This document shows, piece by piece, positions 20,762 through 30,934 of a DNA stretch of 64,000 nucleotides; the first letter of the stretch is position 1, and every line of letters starts with the position of its first letter. The notes beneath the pieces are model-generated. The model had not been told where the DNA came from. It ran no database searches and was given only the letters and a program-made list of their open reading frames with translations. Origin of the DNA: Candidatus Kapaibacterium sp. (GTDB lineage Bacteria > Bacteroidota > Ignavibacteria > Kapaibacteriales > UBA2268); the NCBI GenBank assembly GCA_963665665.1, contig OY762428.1, positions 3,296,001 through 3,360,000 on the forward strand, written 5' to 3'. The translations under genes and the position numbers were made by a program.

Positions 20762-21928
20762 ATGAAAAAGATGATATTTACTTCGATCTCAATTCTAATA
20801 GTTATGTTTCTCAATTGTATTGCAGGCGAAAATTCTATAAAGCAAAAAACCTCACCCCGCCAATACAAGAATCACTATTTCAATATTCTTGCAAGCGATA
20901 CTATAGGACTGAAAGTATTTCCGGATATTAATTTTTATGACGGAAACGGACTTGGGCTCGGTTTTGATGCTGTTTACCAGAGTAATAAAAAAGCAGTTAA
21001 TTATTCCAGGCTTGCAGCAAATATTAGAACAACCGGAGATAAACAACTACTGTATTCATTTGGATCTGAAAATCCGGAAGCTGACAATGAACAATTCTAT
21101 ACATGGCTTCTAAGCCTTGGGTATTCGGAATCAAGTACAAATTTCTATTTCTATTACAATGATTATTATGATAATAACAATTTTGGCATTAAACCACTCC
21201 TCAGGATTACAAGGGCAAAAGCTGATATCAATTTTGATTCCTACCTGAATATAAGCCGGTACACGAAAATAAAAATTGGCCTTAATTACACAAACAGAAT
21301 TCTTTCCGATACTACATACTTAAAGTCTTATTCAAGTAAAATTGACGATCTTAAAATGGAAAGAGATGAAGCCTTAGGAATAATATTAGGATTTGAATAC
21401 GATTCCCGAAGCAGTCTTTACAATCCATATAAAGGAAGTTATTTTTCTTTCGAATATGCTAATTATGAAACAACAAAAATTTATGAGAATGAACATTCTT
21501 ATATCAATCTTGAACTGATAAACTTCAAGGAATTGATAAGACAGTCAACAATTCAGGCATTTAGAATACGATTATTAAAAATGTGGAGGCATCCTGATCT
21601 AAATTTCCGGAATATACTGGGATTAGAAAATGCAATGCGAGGCTATCCATATTCATATTTCACTACAACTTCCTACTGGCTGATAAACTATGAAATCAGG
21701 CACAGGTTTGGAAAGAATCTAATGGTTGTATTAGGAGCTGATATTATGAAGGGCAGCGATAATAAAAATATTAACAGATATATGGATTATACTACCAGCA
21801 ACGAAGTAAAAGCCAATGTTGTATTCGGCTTCAGGCTGATATTCGATACTATGGTAATAAGGTCTGATTTCGGGATGATATTTGAAGAAACACCAAACGT
21901 TTCGGTCGGGCTGGGGCAGTTTTTCTAA
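20762..21928 (+). CDS. BamA/TamA (Omp85)-family outer-membrane barrel without evident POTRA domains
   Basis: 388 aa; YDSR....PYKG, MRGY motif, C-terminal LGQFF; AT-rich. Confidence 0.7.
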   Translation: MKKMIFTSISILIVMFLNCIAGENSIKQKTSPRQYKNHYFNILASDTIGLKVFPDINFYDGNGLGLGFDAVYQSNKKAVNYSRLAANIRTTGDKQLLYSFGSENPEADNEQFYTWLLSLGYSESSTNFYFYYNDYYDNNNFGIKPLLRITRAKADINFDSYLNISRYTKIKIGLNYTNRILSDTTYLKSYSSKIDDLKMERDEALGIILGFEYDSRSSLYNPYKGSYFSFEYANYETTKIYENEHSYINLELINFKELIRQSTIQAFRIRLLKMWRHPDLNFRNILGLENAMRGYPYSYFTTTSYWLINYEIRHRFGKNLMVVLGADIMKGSDNKNINRYMDYTTSNEVKANVVFGFRLIFDTMVIRSDFGMIFEETPNVSVGLGQFF

Positions 21929-21990
21929 CACAACTTTCCTGGTTGAATTATTTATGTTTAAAATATTGCATATTAACATGTATCCATTTT

Positions 21991-22056
21991 TCAATAAACA
22001 GGATCCCTGATCTTGTTCAGGTCTTTATAAAAAGATTCTTTAAATAATATCTTCAT
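21991..22056 (-). pseudogene. Truncated RelE/ParE-like toxin remnant
   Basis: MKILFKESFYKDLNKIRDPVY* begins 2 nt after the antitoxin-like ORF; resembles RelE-family N-termini. Confidence 0.5.
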
Positions 22057-22058
22057 AA

Positions 22059-22265
22059 TCAATCTTCAGGTAACAAATCCATTATTTTACTCTCTTCAAC
22101 AAATTCGGATTTTTCACCTTCCTGAATTGCTTTTGTAAGGACAATTTATTCTATCATATCTTCAAGAATATCTCGAATAAAGGAGTTATCTTCTCTCAAT
22201 ATTTCATAAAGAGCATTCTTTACCTGTTTCTTTATTTCTTCTGTTTCAATTATATCATTATCCAT
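22059..22265 (-). pseudogene. Type II antitoxin-like ORF with an internal stop
   Basis: MDNDIIETEEIKKQVKNALYEILREDNSFIRDILEDMIE*IVLTKAIQEGEKSEFVEESKIMDLLPED*; TAA at 22146-22148. Confidence 0.55.
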
Positions 22266-22318
22266 AACTAATGGTTTTATTAAAAAACGCTTTGATTATA
22301 ATAATGTTGATACTCCTA

Positions 22319-23971
22319 TCAGCCTGCCACTTCCAAATCAATAAACTGGAATTTTTCACCATCGAACAGTCCCTTGTCGCTCAGCTTGATAAAGGGAATA
22401 ACGAGCAGCGCCATAAACGAAAGCGTCATGAATGGAGCGTGCAGCCCGGAGCCCAAAGCTTTGGCTTTTTTATCCAGCGCTGAGTATTTTGCTGCGGCCT
22501 CATATCCGTCACCGGAATTCATCAGCCCGGCAATCGGCAGGGGAAGTGTTTCCACGGTGGTTCCTTCAGCTACCGCCATGCCGCCCCTGTTTTCGATAAC
22601 AGCACTTACGGCAGCGCACAGGTCGTCGTCGTTTGTACCTACGGCAAGGATATTATGTGAGTCGTGTCCGACACTTGATGCAATGGCTCCTTTTTTAAGC
22701 CCGAAGTTTTTGATGAAAGCCACGGCAGGTTGTTTATCCTCGTACCTGTTGATAACAGAAAGCTTAAGTATATCCCTTTCGGTATCCGGAACGATACATC
22801 CGTCAGCTACTTTCGGGTCTTCAACCAACTGATTAGTAATTAATTCCCCGTCAATCGCTTCGATTACCCGAATTTTTCCGCCATTATGCTTCACTGAAAA
22901 GTCTTCCGGTTTCTTAATGGTGGCGTTGAAATAGTTGGGTTTATCTGTCATGATAGTAGGAAGGAGCGTTTTTCCTTTTTCGGCAACCAGTTCGCCGTTT
23001 ATATAGGTTTTCAGGATGTTCATATTTTTCAGGCCGTCGCATATAATAAAATCAGCGCTGTCTCCTTCCTGAAGTAATCCAACGTCGAGAGAATAATGAT
23101 TCACGGCGTTAAGCGATGCTGCCCTGAGAACTTTGAAAATATCGAATCCCATATCCAAAGCTCTATTCACTACCTGGTTTACATGGCCGAGGACGAGGTC
23201 GTCAGGATGTTTATCGTCGCTGCAAAGCATCACCATTTCCGGCCTGGCTTCAATTAATTTATGAAGGGCCTCGAAATTCTTGGCAGCCGAACCTTCGCGA
23301 ATTAGTATTTTCATTCCCCTGTAAATTTTATCAATGGCTTCGTCCAGGGTAAAGCATTCGTGATCCGTGCTTATTCCGGCAGAAATATATTTTTGGGCGG
23401 CATCTTCGGTGAGTCCCGGAGCATGCCCGTCGATTGGCTTGCCGAATTCTTTTGCCAGGACAATTTTTTCCATTACATCCGGAAATTCATTCAGGACACC
23501 CGGGAAATTCATCATTTCACTCATGTATTTTATCCTGTCGTCGCTGAGCAGTTCCCTGATGTCATTGGTTGACAGCGAGGCCCCGGCAGTTTCGAAGGGA
23601 GTAGCCGGCACGCAGGGAGAAGCCCCGAAGTAGAATTTGAAGGGAGTTTGTTCTGCGTTGTCCAGCATATATCGAACGCCTTCAATTCCAAGTACATTTG
23701 CTATTTCATGAGGATCGGAAACAGTAGCTACTGTTCCGTGCACCACTGCGAGGCGTGCAAATTCCGAAGGCGGCAGCATCGAGGATTCTATATGAACATG
23801 AGCGTCGATAAAGCCCGGCATAATATAATCGTCAAGCAGGATTTTTTCGCTCATCCTTTCAACGCTTTTAATTTTTCCGTTTTCCACTTTCACCCTGCCG
23901 GGAAAAATCAATTTTCCAACAATATCTACAACATTTGCTTCTATCTTAAAATTACTCATGGTAAGCCCCAT
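22319..23971 (-). CDS. ade: Adenine deaminase
   Basis: 550 aa; PGFIDAHVHIESS, DPHEIANV, EMMNFPGV, DGHAPG, TDHEC, REGSAAKN, SVGHDSHN. Confidence 0.96.
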   Translation of the reverse strand: MGLTMSNFKIEANVVDIVGKLIFPGRVKVENGKIKSVERMSEKILLDDYIMPGFIDAHVHIESSMLPPSEFARLAVVHGTVATVSDPHEIANVLGIEGVRYMLDNAEQTPFKFYFGASPCVPATPFETAGASLSTNDIRELLSDDRIKYMSEMMNFPGVLNEFPDVMEKIVLAKEFGKPIDGHAPGLTEDAAQKYISAGISTDHECFTLDEAIDKIYRGMKILIREGSAAKNFEALHKLIEARPEMVMLCSDDKHPDDLVLGHVNQVVNRALDMGFDIFKVLRAASLNAVNHYSLDVGLLQEGDSADFIICDGLKNMNILKTYINGELVAEKGKTLLPTIMTDKPNYFNATIKKPEDFSVKHNGGKIRVIEAIDGELITNQLVEDPKVADGCIVPDTERDILKLSVINRYEDKQPAVAFIKNFGLKKGAIASSVGHDSHNILAVGTNDDDLCAAVSAVIENRGGMAVAEGTTVETLPLPIAGLMNSGDGYEAAAKYSALDKKAKALGSGLHAPFMTLSFMALLVIPFIKLSDKGLFDGEKFQFIDLEVAG

Positions 23972-24304
23972 TTATATTTGAATATTTCTGTTTTTATCAA
24001 TAATTTAAGATATAAAAAAATATCCAAAGATTCAATATTATTAGATTTATCAGGCAATGTCATTCAAATTTTTCATCAGGAGTATCCACTCCCTGAGTGA
24101 ATTTTGGCATATCTTGTAAAAGTGATTTCGTCAGCTATTGGAAATTAATTTTATTTTACTATTTTAATTGTTTCAGTTATCTGCAAAAATTGATAGTTTT
24201 ATAGTAGATGTTAATTTTTTCTTTTAGCTAAAAAAATTATTATCCGGTTTGGGGCCGGGAGAATTCTGACAATTGAAATTATAACAATAAATGGACGGGA
24301 AATC

Positions 24305-24937
24305 ATGAAAAAATCAATCATACTGCTGATACTTTCAAGCCTTGCATTGTATTCGTGTATAAACCTGAAAAGTGATTACCCGCAGATTCAATATTATAAA
24401 CTGTCTCAGCAGCCATTGAGTGATATTGACTCGCCAATTATTGAAGAAATAATACAGCTCCGTGATTTTAGCATTTCCCCGGAATACAACACGGACCAGA
24501 TAATTGCAGTAAGCGATACGCATTTTGTGAAAGTTTACTATTACAGCCGCTGGGCGGCAAACCCTGATGAAATTGTGCAGGGAATATTTTATGAGAGAAT
24601 TAACAACTATGGCATATTTTCATCAGGAGTTCAAAATACATCAAGCATTACGCTCCCGAACTATTTTGTTGAATGCAGCATAATAGAGTTTTATGCCGTG
24701 AACGGAGAAGATGATGACAGCCCCGACAATGCCGTTGTTGTGACAATGAAAATGAATGTTATTAAAAAGACGATTCTTAAAACCGAAGATGATATAATTT
24801 TGAGTAAGATATACAAAACTACCGTTGGCAGGCAGGATAATTATGCTGCCAGTGTTTCTTCGGCTATGAGTAAGGCAGTTTGTGAAGTTTCCGATATGAT
24901 GATAAAAGATATTGTTGATGCGATAAAAAAGAATTGA
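24305..24937 (+). CDS. ABC-type transport auxiliary lipoprotein (PqiC-like)
   Basis: 210 aa; lipobox LYSC; QYYKL, YYYSRWAANP pattern. Confidence 0.7.
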   Translation: MKKSIILLILSSLALYSCINLKSDYPQIQYYKLSQQPLSDIDSPIIEEIIQLRDFSISPEYNTDQIIAVSDTHFVKVYYYSRWAANPDEIVQGIFYERINNYGIFSSGVQNTSSITLPNYFVECSIIEFYAVNGEDDDSPDNAVVVTMKMNVIKKTILKTEDDIILSKIYKTTVGRQDNYAASVSSAMSKAVCEVSDMMIKDIVDAIKKN

Positions 24938-24941
24938 TAGA

Positions 24942-25709
24942 ATGATGACAGAAAAAAAGGATAAAGATAATTTTGCAGCTGTAGATGTTGGGAACAGCAG
25001 AATAAAAGTTCTGATAGACGGAGAAACAATCTCATTCGAGATCAAAGAATCATGGGTGGAAAAATTTTCAAGTTTTATTTCAAAGATTGATAATCATTAT
25101 ATAATTGGAATTTCGAGTGTTAATGAAAAAGTCAATGCAGAGATCCTTAAAATATTACATTCAAATGAAATTACTAATTCTTTACCTGTTCCCGAGCTTT
25201 TGGACGAGCAGGAAATAATCGATTTTTCAAATGTCAGTGGTATGGGTACGGACCGGAAACTCGGAATTGCAGGAGCCGCTGCAGAAGCCGAACCGCCTTT
25301 CATAACAGTGGATTGCGGAACAGCTGTAACTGTTAACGCTCTTGACGAAGGTAATATTTGCCTTGGCGGTGCAATTTTTCCGGGATTACACACCCAGATC
25401 AGGGCGTTGCATGAATTCACGTCTGCACTGCCATGCCCCGAATACAGGAAAACCAATGCTGCAGCAGGAAGAAATACCGAGGAAGCAATTTTATCCGGAT
25501 CATTGCACTCGGTTGCCGGAGGAATTATCCAACTGGTTCGAAATATTGAACTTCAGGAGTTTGCCGGCATCTCGGTACCGGTATATGTTACAGGCGGATA
25601 TGCAGAAGAAGTAATTCCTTTTTTGAAAGGTCATCTTTTCCCCTTAATTTTGAATAAATCCTTAGTTAGCGACGGGATTTTGTTTTTATTGAAAAATTTA
25701 AAAAAGTAA
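24942..25709 (+). CDS. coaX: Type III pantothenate kinase
   Basis: DVGNSRIK, GTDR, VDCGTAVT, GGAIFPG, GRNT, TGG motifs. Confidence 0.93.
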   Translation: MMTEKKDKDNFAAVDVGNSRIKVLIDGETISFEIKESWVEKFSSFISKIDNHYIIGISSVNEKVNAEILKILHSNEITNSLPVPELLDEQEIIDFSNVSGMGTDRKLGIAGAAAEAEPPFITVDCGTAVTVNALDEGNICLGGAIFPGLHTQIRALHEFTSALPCPEYRKTNAAAGRNTEEAILSGSLHSVAGGIIQLVRNIELQEFAGISVPVYVTGGYAEEVIPFLKGHLFPLILNKSLVSDGILFLLKNLKK

Positions 25710-25718
25710 GCTGTAGAA

Positions 25719-26474
25719 ATGATTAAAAATAAAAAAGTTGTTGTAGTATTGCCGGCATATAATGCCGAAAAAACTCTGGAAAAAACCTATCGTGAAATTC
25801 CCACCGAGATAGTTGACGAAGTGGTGCTTGTTGACGATTGCAGCAGCGATGAAACTGTTAGAGAAGGAAAGCGGCTCGGCATAAAACATATTATCCGGCA
25901 TGAGGAAAACACGGGTTACGGCGGTAATCAGAAAAGCTGCTACAACAAGGCGCTGGAACTTAATGCCGATATTGTTATCATGCTCCACCCGGATTATCAA
26001 TACACACCCCAGCTTCTTCATTCAATGGCATATCTTATAGCAAACGATGTATATCCTGTTGTTCTTGGCTCCAGGATACTGGGTAAAGGAGCACTTAAAG
26101 GCGGAATGCCTATCTACAAATATATAGCAAACCGTTTCCTTACATTTTTTCAGAACCTGCTGATTGATCAGAAACTATCAGAGTACCACACTGGCTACAG
26201 GGCATTTTCCGGCGAGGTATTGAAGAACATCAACTTCATGGCCAATTCCGACGATTTCATTTTCGACAACCAGATGCTTTCGCAGATTTTTATGGCCGGA
26301 TTTGATATTGCCGAGATAACCTGCCCCACTAAATATTTCAAGGAAGCTTCCTCAATAAATTTCCGAAGAAGTTCGAAATACGGCCTCGGAGTGATGAGTG
26401 TCTCCATCCTGCATCGCCTGAATATGTGGAAAATCCTGAAATCAGAAATTTATAAGAAGCCCGGGCGTGGGTAG
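25719..26474 (+). CDS. Family 2 glycosyltransferase (DPM1-like)
   Basis: VVLPAYNA, VDDCSSD, GYGGNQK, LHPDYQY, EYHTGYRAF. Confidence 0.92.
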   Translation: MIKNKKVVVVLPAYNAEKTLEKTYREIPTEIVDEVVLVDDCSSDETVREGKRLGIKHIIRHEENTGYGGNQKSCYNKALELNADIVIMLHPDYQYTPQLLHSMAYLIANDVYPVVLGSRILGKGALKGGMPIYKYIANRFLTFFQNLLIDQKLSEYHTGYRAFSGEVLKNINFMANSDDFIFDNQMLSQIFMAGFDIAEITCPTKYFKEASSINFRRSSKYGLGVMSVSILHRLNMWKILKSEIYKKPGRG

Positions 26475-26513
26475 GGGAATGTTATTTCGGATAATTCTCT
26501 TGATGAAGTATAT

Positions 26514-26614
26514 CTTTTAATTATGGAAAATCCTCGAATGGATTCTTCGCTGACGCTCAGAATGACCGCTTTATTTAGTTTTTCCATATATTAAAAGTTC
26601 AGCTGAATATTAAC
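26514..26614. repeat. Degenerate palindromic element: half REP-like core within an inverted repeat, with a MITE-like right end
   Basis: gattcttcgctgacgctcagaatgac (26541-26566) between cttttaattatggaaaa and ttttccatatattaaaag; gctgaatattaac (26602-26614) matches the 62529-62541 TIR at 11/13. Confidence 0.6.
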
Positions 26615-26766
26615 GATTTTTGAAAAACTATTATTTATCGGATAAAATATATCCAATCCTAAAACAAGTTCGATCTTTTTTCGTAATTCTAATTGTTCGG
26701 GCGCTATTCCGCCTGAAATGATTATATTTGAAAAAAATAAAACAGTAGATTACAGGGAGACATTTC

Positions 26767-27576
26767 ATGAAACACTATTCGCAAAAATTGTTAATACTTT
26801 TCATTCTTGCATTTTCAGCTTCAAATATGTTTGCCCAGGATGACGAGCTGGATGAGGAAATCCGCAGAATGCAATTCAATGAAGGTAATTTTGAACAGGA
26901 GCAATCATACTTCGTTGTTGGCGCTGGTTATACTCTGCGTTTTCTTATGGCTAACTATGATGATTTGAACAGCATGTTGTCCGCCAGGGATTTCGGATTC
27001 GAGGATCTTTCCAACCCGGTAATAATGCACGGTATGGAAGCCAATATAGCTCTTTCCGTTATTCAAAGTTCCTTCCTGAGGAAGATGAGGGTAGGGATTT
27101 TCTCCACCGGCGGTACTGAATCTGTGGAAACAAATATCACTATTGACGGCACCGATTACCTGAGAAAACTTGACTATAACGTTGGTTTCTGGGGATTTTC
27201 CCTTGATTATGCCATTCAGCCCATGAGCAAGCTTGCAATCCTTCCCGGTGTTGAATTTGGTTTCGGAAATATGAAAATTGATATATCCCAAACCAGTGAT
27301 ATGGACTGGGCAAATATACAGCCGCAAAGCGACGGCAATAACTGGCTGAAGAGCCTTGAAGCAGATTATATTAACCTTACTCCGAGAGTTAACCTTGAAT
27401 GGTCGGCAACTGACTTCCTGCTTTTCCGGGGTACAGCCGGATACAGCCTGGCATTCCTAAGCGCCAGCGACTGGAAATACAATATTGAAGGCAGCCTGAA
27501 AAATGCTCCAGACAAATTGAATTCCGACGGCCTGATGCTGCAATTCGGAGTTTCAATCGGACTTTTCAATATGTAA
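26767..27576 (+). CDS. Outer-membrane beta-barrel protein, function unknown
   Basis: 269 aa; signal peptide; amphipathic strands; C-terminal QFGVSIGLF. Confidence 0.7.
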   Translation: MKHYSQKLLILFILAFSASNMFAQDDELDEEIRRMQFNEGNFEQEQSYFVVGAGYTLRFLMANYDDLNSMLSARDFGFEDLSNPVIMHGMEANIALSVIQSSFLRKMRVGIFSTGGTESVETNITIDGTDYLRKLDYNVGFWGFSLDYAIQPMSKLAILPGVEFGFGNMKIDISQTSDMDWANIQPQSDGNNWLKSLEADYINLTPRVNLEWSATDFLLFRGTAGYSLAFLSASDWKYNIEGSLKNAPDKLNSDGLMLQFGVSIGLFNM

Positions 27577-27611
27577 TGGTCTTCTTTGTATATAAAAAAT
27601 TCAAAATAATT

Positions 27612-27642
27612 TTTGGAAATTAAAATTTATGTAGTATTTTTG
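27612..27642 (+). promoter_or_regulatory. Bacteroidota-type promoter for the CAT tRNA
   Basis: TTTG (27612-27615), 19-nt spacer, TATTTTTG (27635-27642). Confidence 0.7.
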
Positions 27643-27666
27643 TATGCTCTGACGGAGACGTCAGCC

Positions 27667-27740
27667 GGGCCTGTAGCTCAGTTGGTTAGAGCAACGGACT
27701 CATAATCCGTCGGTCGGGGGTTCAAGTCCCTCCGGGCCCA
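27667..27740 (+). tRNA. tRNA with CAT anticodon, most likely tRNA-Ile2 (elongator Met not excluded)
   Basis: GGGCCTG/CGGGCCC acceptor stem, TAGCTCAGTTGGTTAGAGCA, GACTCATAATC anticodon arm, GGTTCAAGTCC; G1-C72 paired so not an initiator. Confidence 0.93.
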
Positions 27741-27983
27741 CAAGACAAAATATTAAGCCTTTGTAAAATAATAATTTATAAAGGCTTTTTCTTTTCTACT
27801 CAAATGTTTCATAAACTTTTCTGGTACATTTTTTTATGATAATTTGCAATATTGGAATTGAATGCTCGTGGAGGAGTTTTCCGGTTTGGCATAGCGAAGG
27901 GTAGAAAAAAAATTTAATCAAAGCGGCAGTCAAAAACTGACTGGCGTTTTTCGTGGTTTGATATTAATTTTCCGAATACAATT

Positions 27984-28070
27984 ATTAATCTTGTAGAAGA
28001 ATTCGGCCGGCTCGTCTATAAGCTCTACAACCTGACAGAAGAAGAGATAATGATTGTGGAGGGGGGGGTG
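27984..28070 (+). pseudogene. C-terminal remnant of a type IIG / TaqI-C-like restriction-modification protein
   Basis: Reads INLVEEFGRLVYKLYNLTEEEIMIVEG, matching the IDxLVYxLYxLTxEEIxIVE tail of those enzymes; no N-terminal part present. Confidence 0.6.
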
Positions 28071-28117
28071 AAAGAGAAAAGTGAAAAATCGTTACTGAAA
28101 TACAGAAAACGATTATA

Positions 28118-28250
28118 AGAATTGTTTATGATGTAATAAGAAAACTTCTATTGAAAATTGAAGAATCAAAATCTGAAGATTATTTAGAGCCAAAGGATGA
28201 TATTGATAAATATCACATGGTTCTCATTGTAAATCGAAATTAGTTAAAGG
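28118..28250 (+). pseudogene. DUF2513-like remnant
   Basis: Reads RIVYDVIRKLLLKIEESKSEDYLEPKDDIDKYHMVLIVNRN*; DxIRxLLLxIE...YH pattern; no start codon. Confidence 0.4.
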
Positions 28251-28468
28251 TGGTATTCAGACTTTTGAAAACAATTCAGAAGATGTTTGGGTTCTTCGTT
28301 CTGTTCAGGATGACCTGCCATTCCTGCCTTCGTCAAATTCAATAGCCACATGGTTTAGCTCGTGGATAAAGATGCCCCGTTCGGAGGCTGAGAAAAAGAG
28401 TCCACCTCCGCCAGCTTGCGTAGATGCCCCGCCGGCGTGGGGATAATCATTCAATCAGTATAATCGGC

Positions 28469-28500
28469 AAAAAAGGGCGGCCCTGGTAGAACCGCCCTTT
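28469..28500 (-). terminator. Intrinsic terminator
   Basis: A-run-gggcgg...ccgccc-ttt. Confidence 0.75.
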
Positions 28501-28522
28501 AGCATTTCTAATATTTTTTTAA

Positions 28523-30934
28523 TTATTTAACAACTCTGATGGTTATTGATTTTTCGTAAGGTCCTGATATCATACGGCAAATAAAAACACCCGAGCTGAG
28601 CTTTTCAATTGGCAGCCTTACTGAATAATTTCCGGCAGTCATTGCTCTGGAAACAAGTGTAGTTATAAACCTTCCCTCACTGTCGTAAAGTTTTAATTCC
28701 GTTTGGCCGTAAGCACCTACCGAGTAATCGATTTTTGCTCCCGAATTCATAACAGGATTAGGATTAACTTCGCTAAGAGAGTAGCTATGGCCGGGTTCCA
28801 CATCGTTCGGATTCGGGGCCCTGGCAGTAATATCTATTGCTTCCTGCTTGCCGTCATTGTACGTAACAATCAGACGATTTGTAAATATACCGGCAATTGA
28901 TGGTGAGAATTTTATATTTACATTGATTTTTTGATCTGAACCAAGGCTGAAGTTTTCAATTCCGGAGGTTATTTGGAATTCCGATTCTGTTGTCTCGAGA
29001 GAAACAGAATTGATTATCACCGGATCGAAACTGATATTTGTAATATCTATCCATTTATCTGCTTCAAGTCCGATTTCAACTTCTCCGAAATCAATAGTTT
29101 CCGGGTTGACTTCAAGAGGCTGATTAAAGAAATACAGGTTGACTATCGTATCATTCCCGGCTTTATCAGTAAATGCAAAAAGTGCACGGCCATTTTTATC
29201 ATGATCGATAAGATTTAATTCCCAGCCTGTTTTTCGGCTTACTCCGGGAATAAATTTCTCACAGGTAAATTCATAATTGTAACTGCTGTCACTGAAAAAC
29301 AGGACTTTAGCCAGTTTCGAACCGTTTTCGCCATCATCGGCAATTCCGTCCGGTATATCTCCGTATTCAGCAAAATTATATTGAACCATAGGAGATTCAT
29401 TGTCTTCTGTATTCCAGTCGTTTAAAGCGGAACTTGTAGGGTAGCCGTAAGAATCGCACCAGTCATATCCGAACGAATAAGCCGCGAAGGGCTCAGCCGC
29501 CCTTATTCTGAAACTTCCTGTCTGAGGTAACTCTAATAATTTCTGGGCATAATATTTATCATTAATCATCTCAGGAAATACATCACCATTTCCGGGGTAT
29601 AAGGTATTGATATTCTGCCATTCAGGATTTGTATCTGATACTTCCATGAATTGTAGATCATTGGGAACAGTTCCGTCCTCGTCAGATTCATATACCAGGT
29701 TGATATAATTATCCATGAAGTATGCTCCTCCCATTGTTCCCGGAATACAGAAAACAATTTCATCCTGGAATAATTCCATAGGTTTTATCAGCATGGTAAA
29801 AGGATCTGAATTTGGTAGGGGATACCCGTCCTCCTGGACACCGGGGTTATAGAAAGTAACTCCAATAGGCTTGTCAGCACTTATTACTCTCGGCTTGTTC
29901 TGATTTTCTTCAATCGGGCCAAGGCGAATTTCAATATATGCTTCGTCAATTATTCCGCCGGATTCTGTCAGAAATCCAACCTGCACACCATCAAGATAAA
30001 CAGCTGTGTTTGCTTCACTGGCATAAATTCTTGCAATACCGGGATATTTCCTGCCTGGAACGTAAGGAACAAGATACTCTGTTCCCCAGGTTGATGTAGG
30101 AAGCTGCATTTCAACTGTGTAGTCGCACCACTGATTGCCAATTGGGATGTTGGTACACTGATTGCCGGAAACAACAGATATTGGCTTGTCCGCAACTACT
30201 TTACTGCCGCTAAGGTCAGAACCGTCTCCCCGGCTCATAAACATCCAAACATCGCCTTCGTTAAGGACTGTATCAATTAGGTCACCGGGCGCTAAACCGC
30301 CGGCTGTTTCAGAATATTCAGTACCACCCATAAGGAAAGATATTGTTGTATTATCTTCAACTGCTGTAATACATGTTATACTCGGCAGGTGCATATTCCA
30401 AATATCCTTAAACATCGGATCAACAGCGTAGGCGGAAATAATATATTCCATTCCCAGGCCGGAACTTGGAACACACATAAATCCGTCTGAAGTAGCCTGG
30501 AACCTTACAGCAGCATAGGCTGCAATGGGGCCTGTTGAAGTTATGTTAATTCCATAATCCTGGTATATCCTTTCAGGAATAGCTTCCGCCTGTTTATCCT
30601 TTGATAAGGGTTGCGCAATTGCCGGGGGAATATCAACAGCAATTACATCATTAGGAATAGTAGTTACTGATCTGCTGAAATCTTTACCCGGAACTGATAT
30701 AATAACCTGCGCCTGATAGGGAGAAGTAATATAAATTCTCAGGAAATTATTTCCGGCTGTTTCTTCATAGCATGGCGGGATTGAGAACCAAAAATCTGTT
30801 CCGATATTATTTATCTGGATCATTTCTTTTAGGTTCTTTTCAATTGTGCTGATGTCCTGCCTGTCCGCGGCATTTAAAGACAAAGGAAGAAGTAAAATTG
30901 CTGAAAGCAAAATCGATAGTACTTTTGTCCTCAT
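28523..30934 (-). CDS. IgGFc-binding-domain surface protein with an Ig-like (choice-of-anchor D-like) domain and T9SS-type CTD
   Basis: 803 aa; GTDFWFSIPP, SDGF..P...LG.EY, DLSGSKVVADKPISVVSGNQC, WGTEY; IDFGEVEIG Ig domain; VNPNP...LSSGVFICRM. Confidence 0.85.
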   Translation of the reverse strand: MRTKVLSILLSAILLLPLSLNAADRQDISTIEKNLKEMIQINNIGTDFWFSIPPCYEETAGNNFLRIYITSPYQAQVIISVPGKDFSRSVTTIPNDVIAVDIPPAIAQPLSKDKQAEAIPERIYQDYGINITSTGPIAAYAAVRFQATSDGFMCVPSSGLGMEYIISAYAVDPMFKDIWNMHLPSITCITAVEDNTTISFLMGGTEYSETAGGLAPGDLIDTVLNEGDVWMFMSRGDGSDLSGSKVVADKPISVVSGNQCTNIPIGNQWCDYTVEMQLPTSTWGTEYLVPYVPGRKYPGIARIYASEANTAVYLDGVQVGFLTESGGIIDEAYIEIRLGPIEENQNKPRVISADKPIGVTFYNPGVQEDGYPLPNSDPFTMLIKPMELFQDEIVFCIPGTMGGAYFMDNYINLVYESDEDGTVPNDLQFMEVSDTNPEWQNINTLYPGNGDVFPEMINDKYYAQKLLELPQTGSFRIRAAEPFAAYSFGYDWCDSYGYPTSSALNDWNTEDNESPMVQYNFAEYGDIPDGIADDGENGSKLAKVLFFSDSSYNYEFTCEKFIPGVSRKTGWELNLIDHDKNGRALFAFTDKAGNDTIVNLYFFNQPLEVNPETIDFGEVEIGLEADKWIDITNISFDPVIINSVSLETTESEFQITSGIENFSLGSDQKINVNIKFSPSIAGIFTNRLIVTYNDGKQEAIDITARAPNPNDVEPGHSYSLSEVNPNPVMNSGAKIDYSVGAYGQTELKLYDSEGRFITTLVSRAMTAGNYSVRLPIEKLSSGVFICRMISGPYEKSITIRVVK

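Noticed and set aside
23972-24300. Purine riboswitch upstream of ade
   Set aside because: Only a small hairpin near 24077-24096; no purine-aptamer consensus recognised
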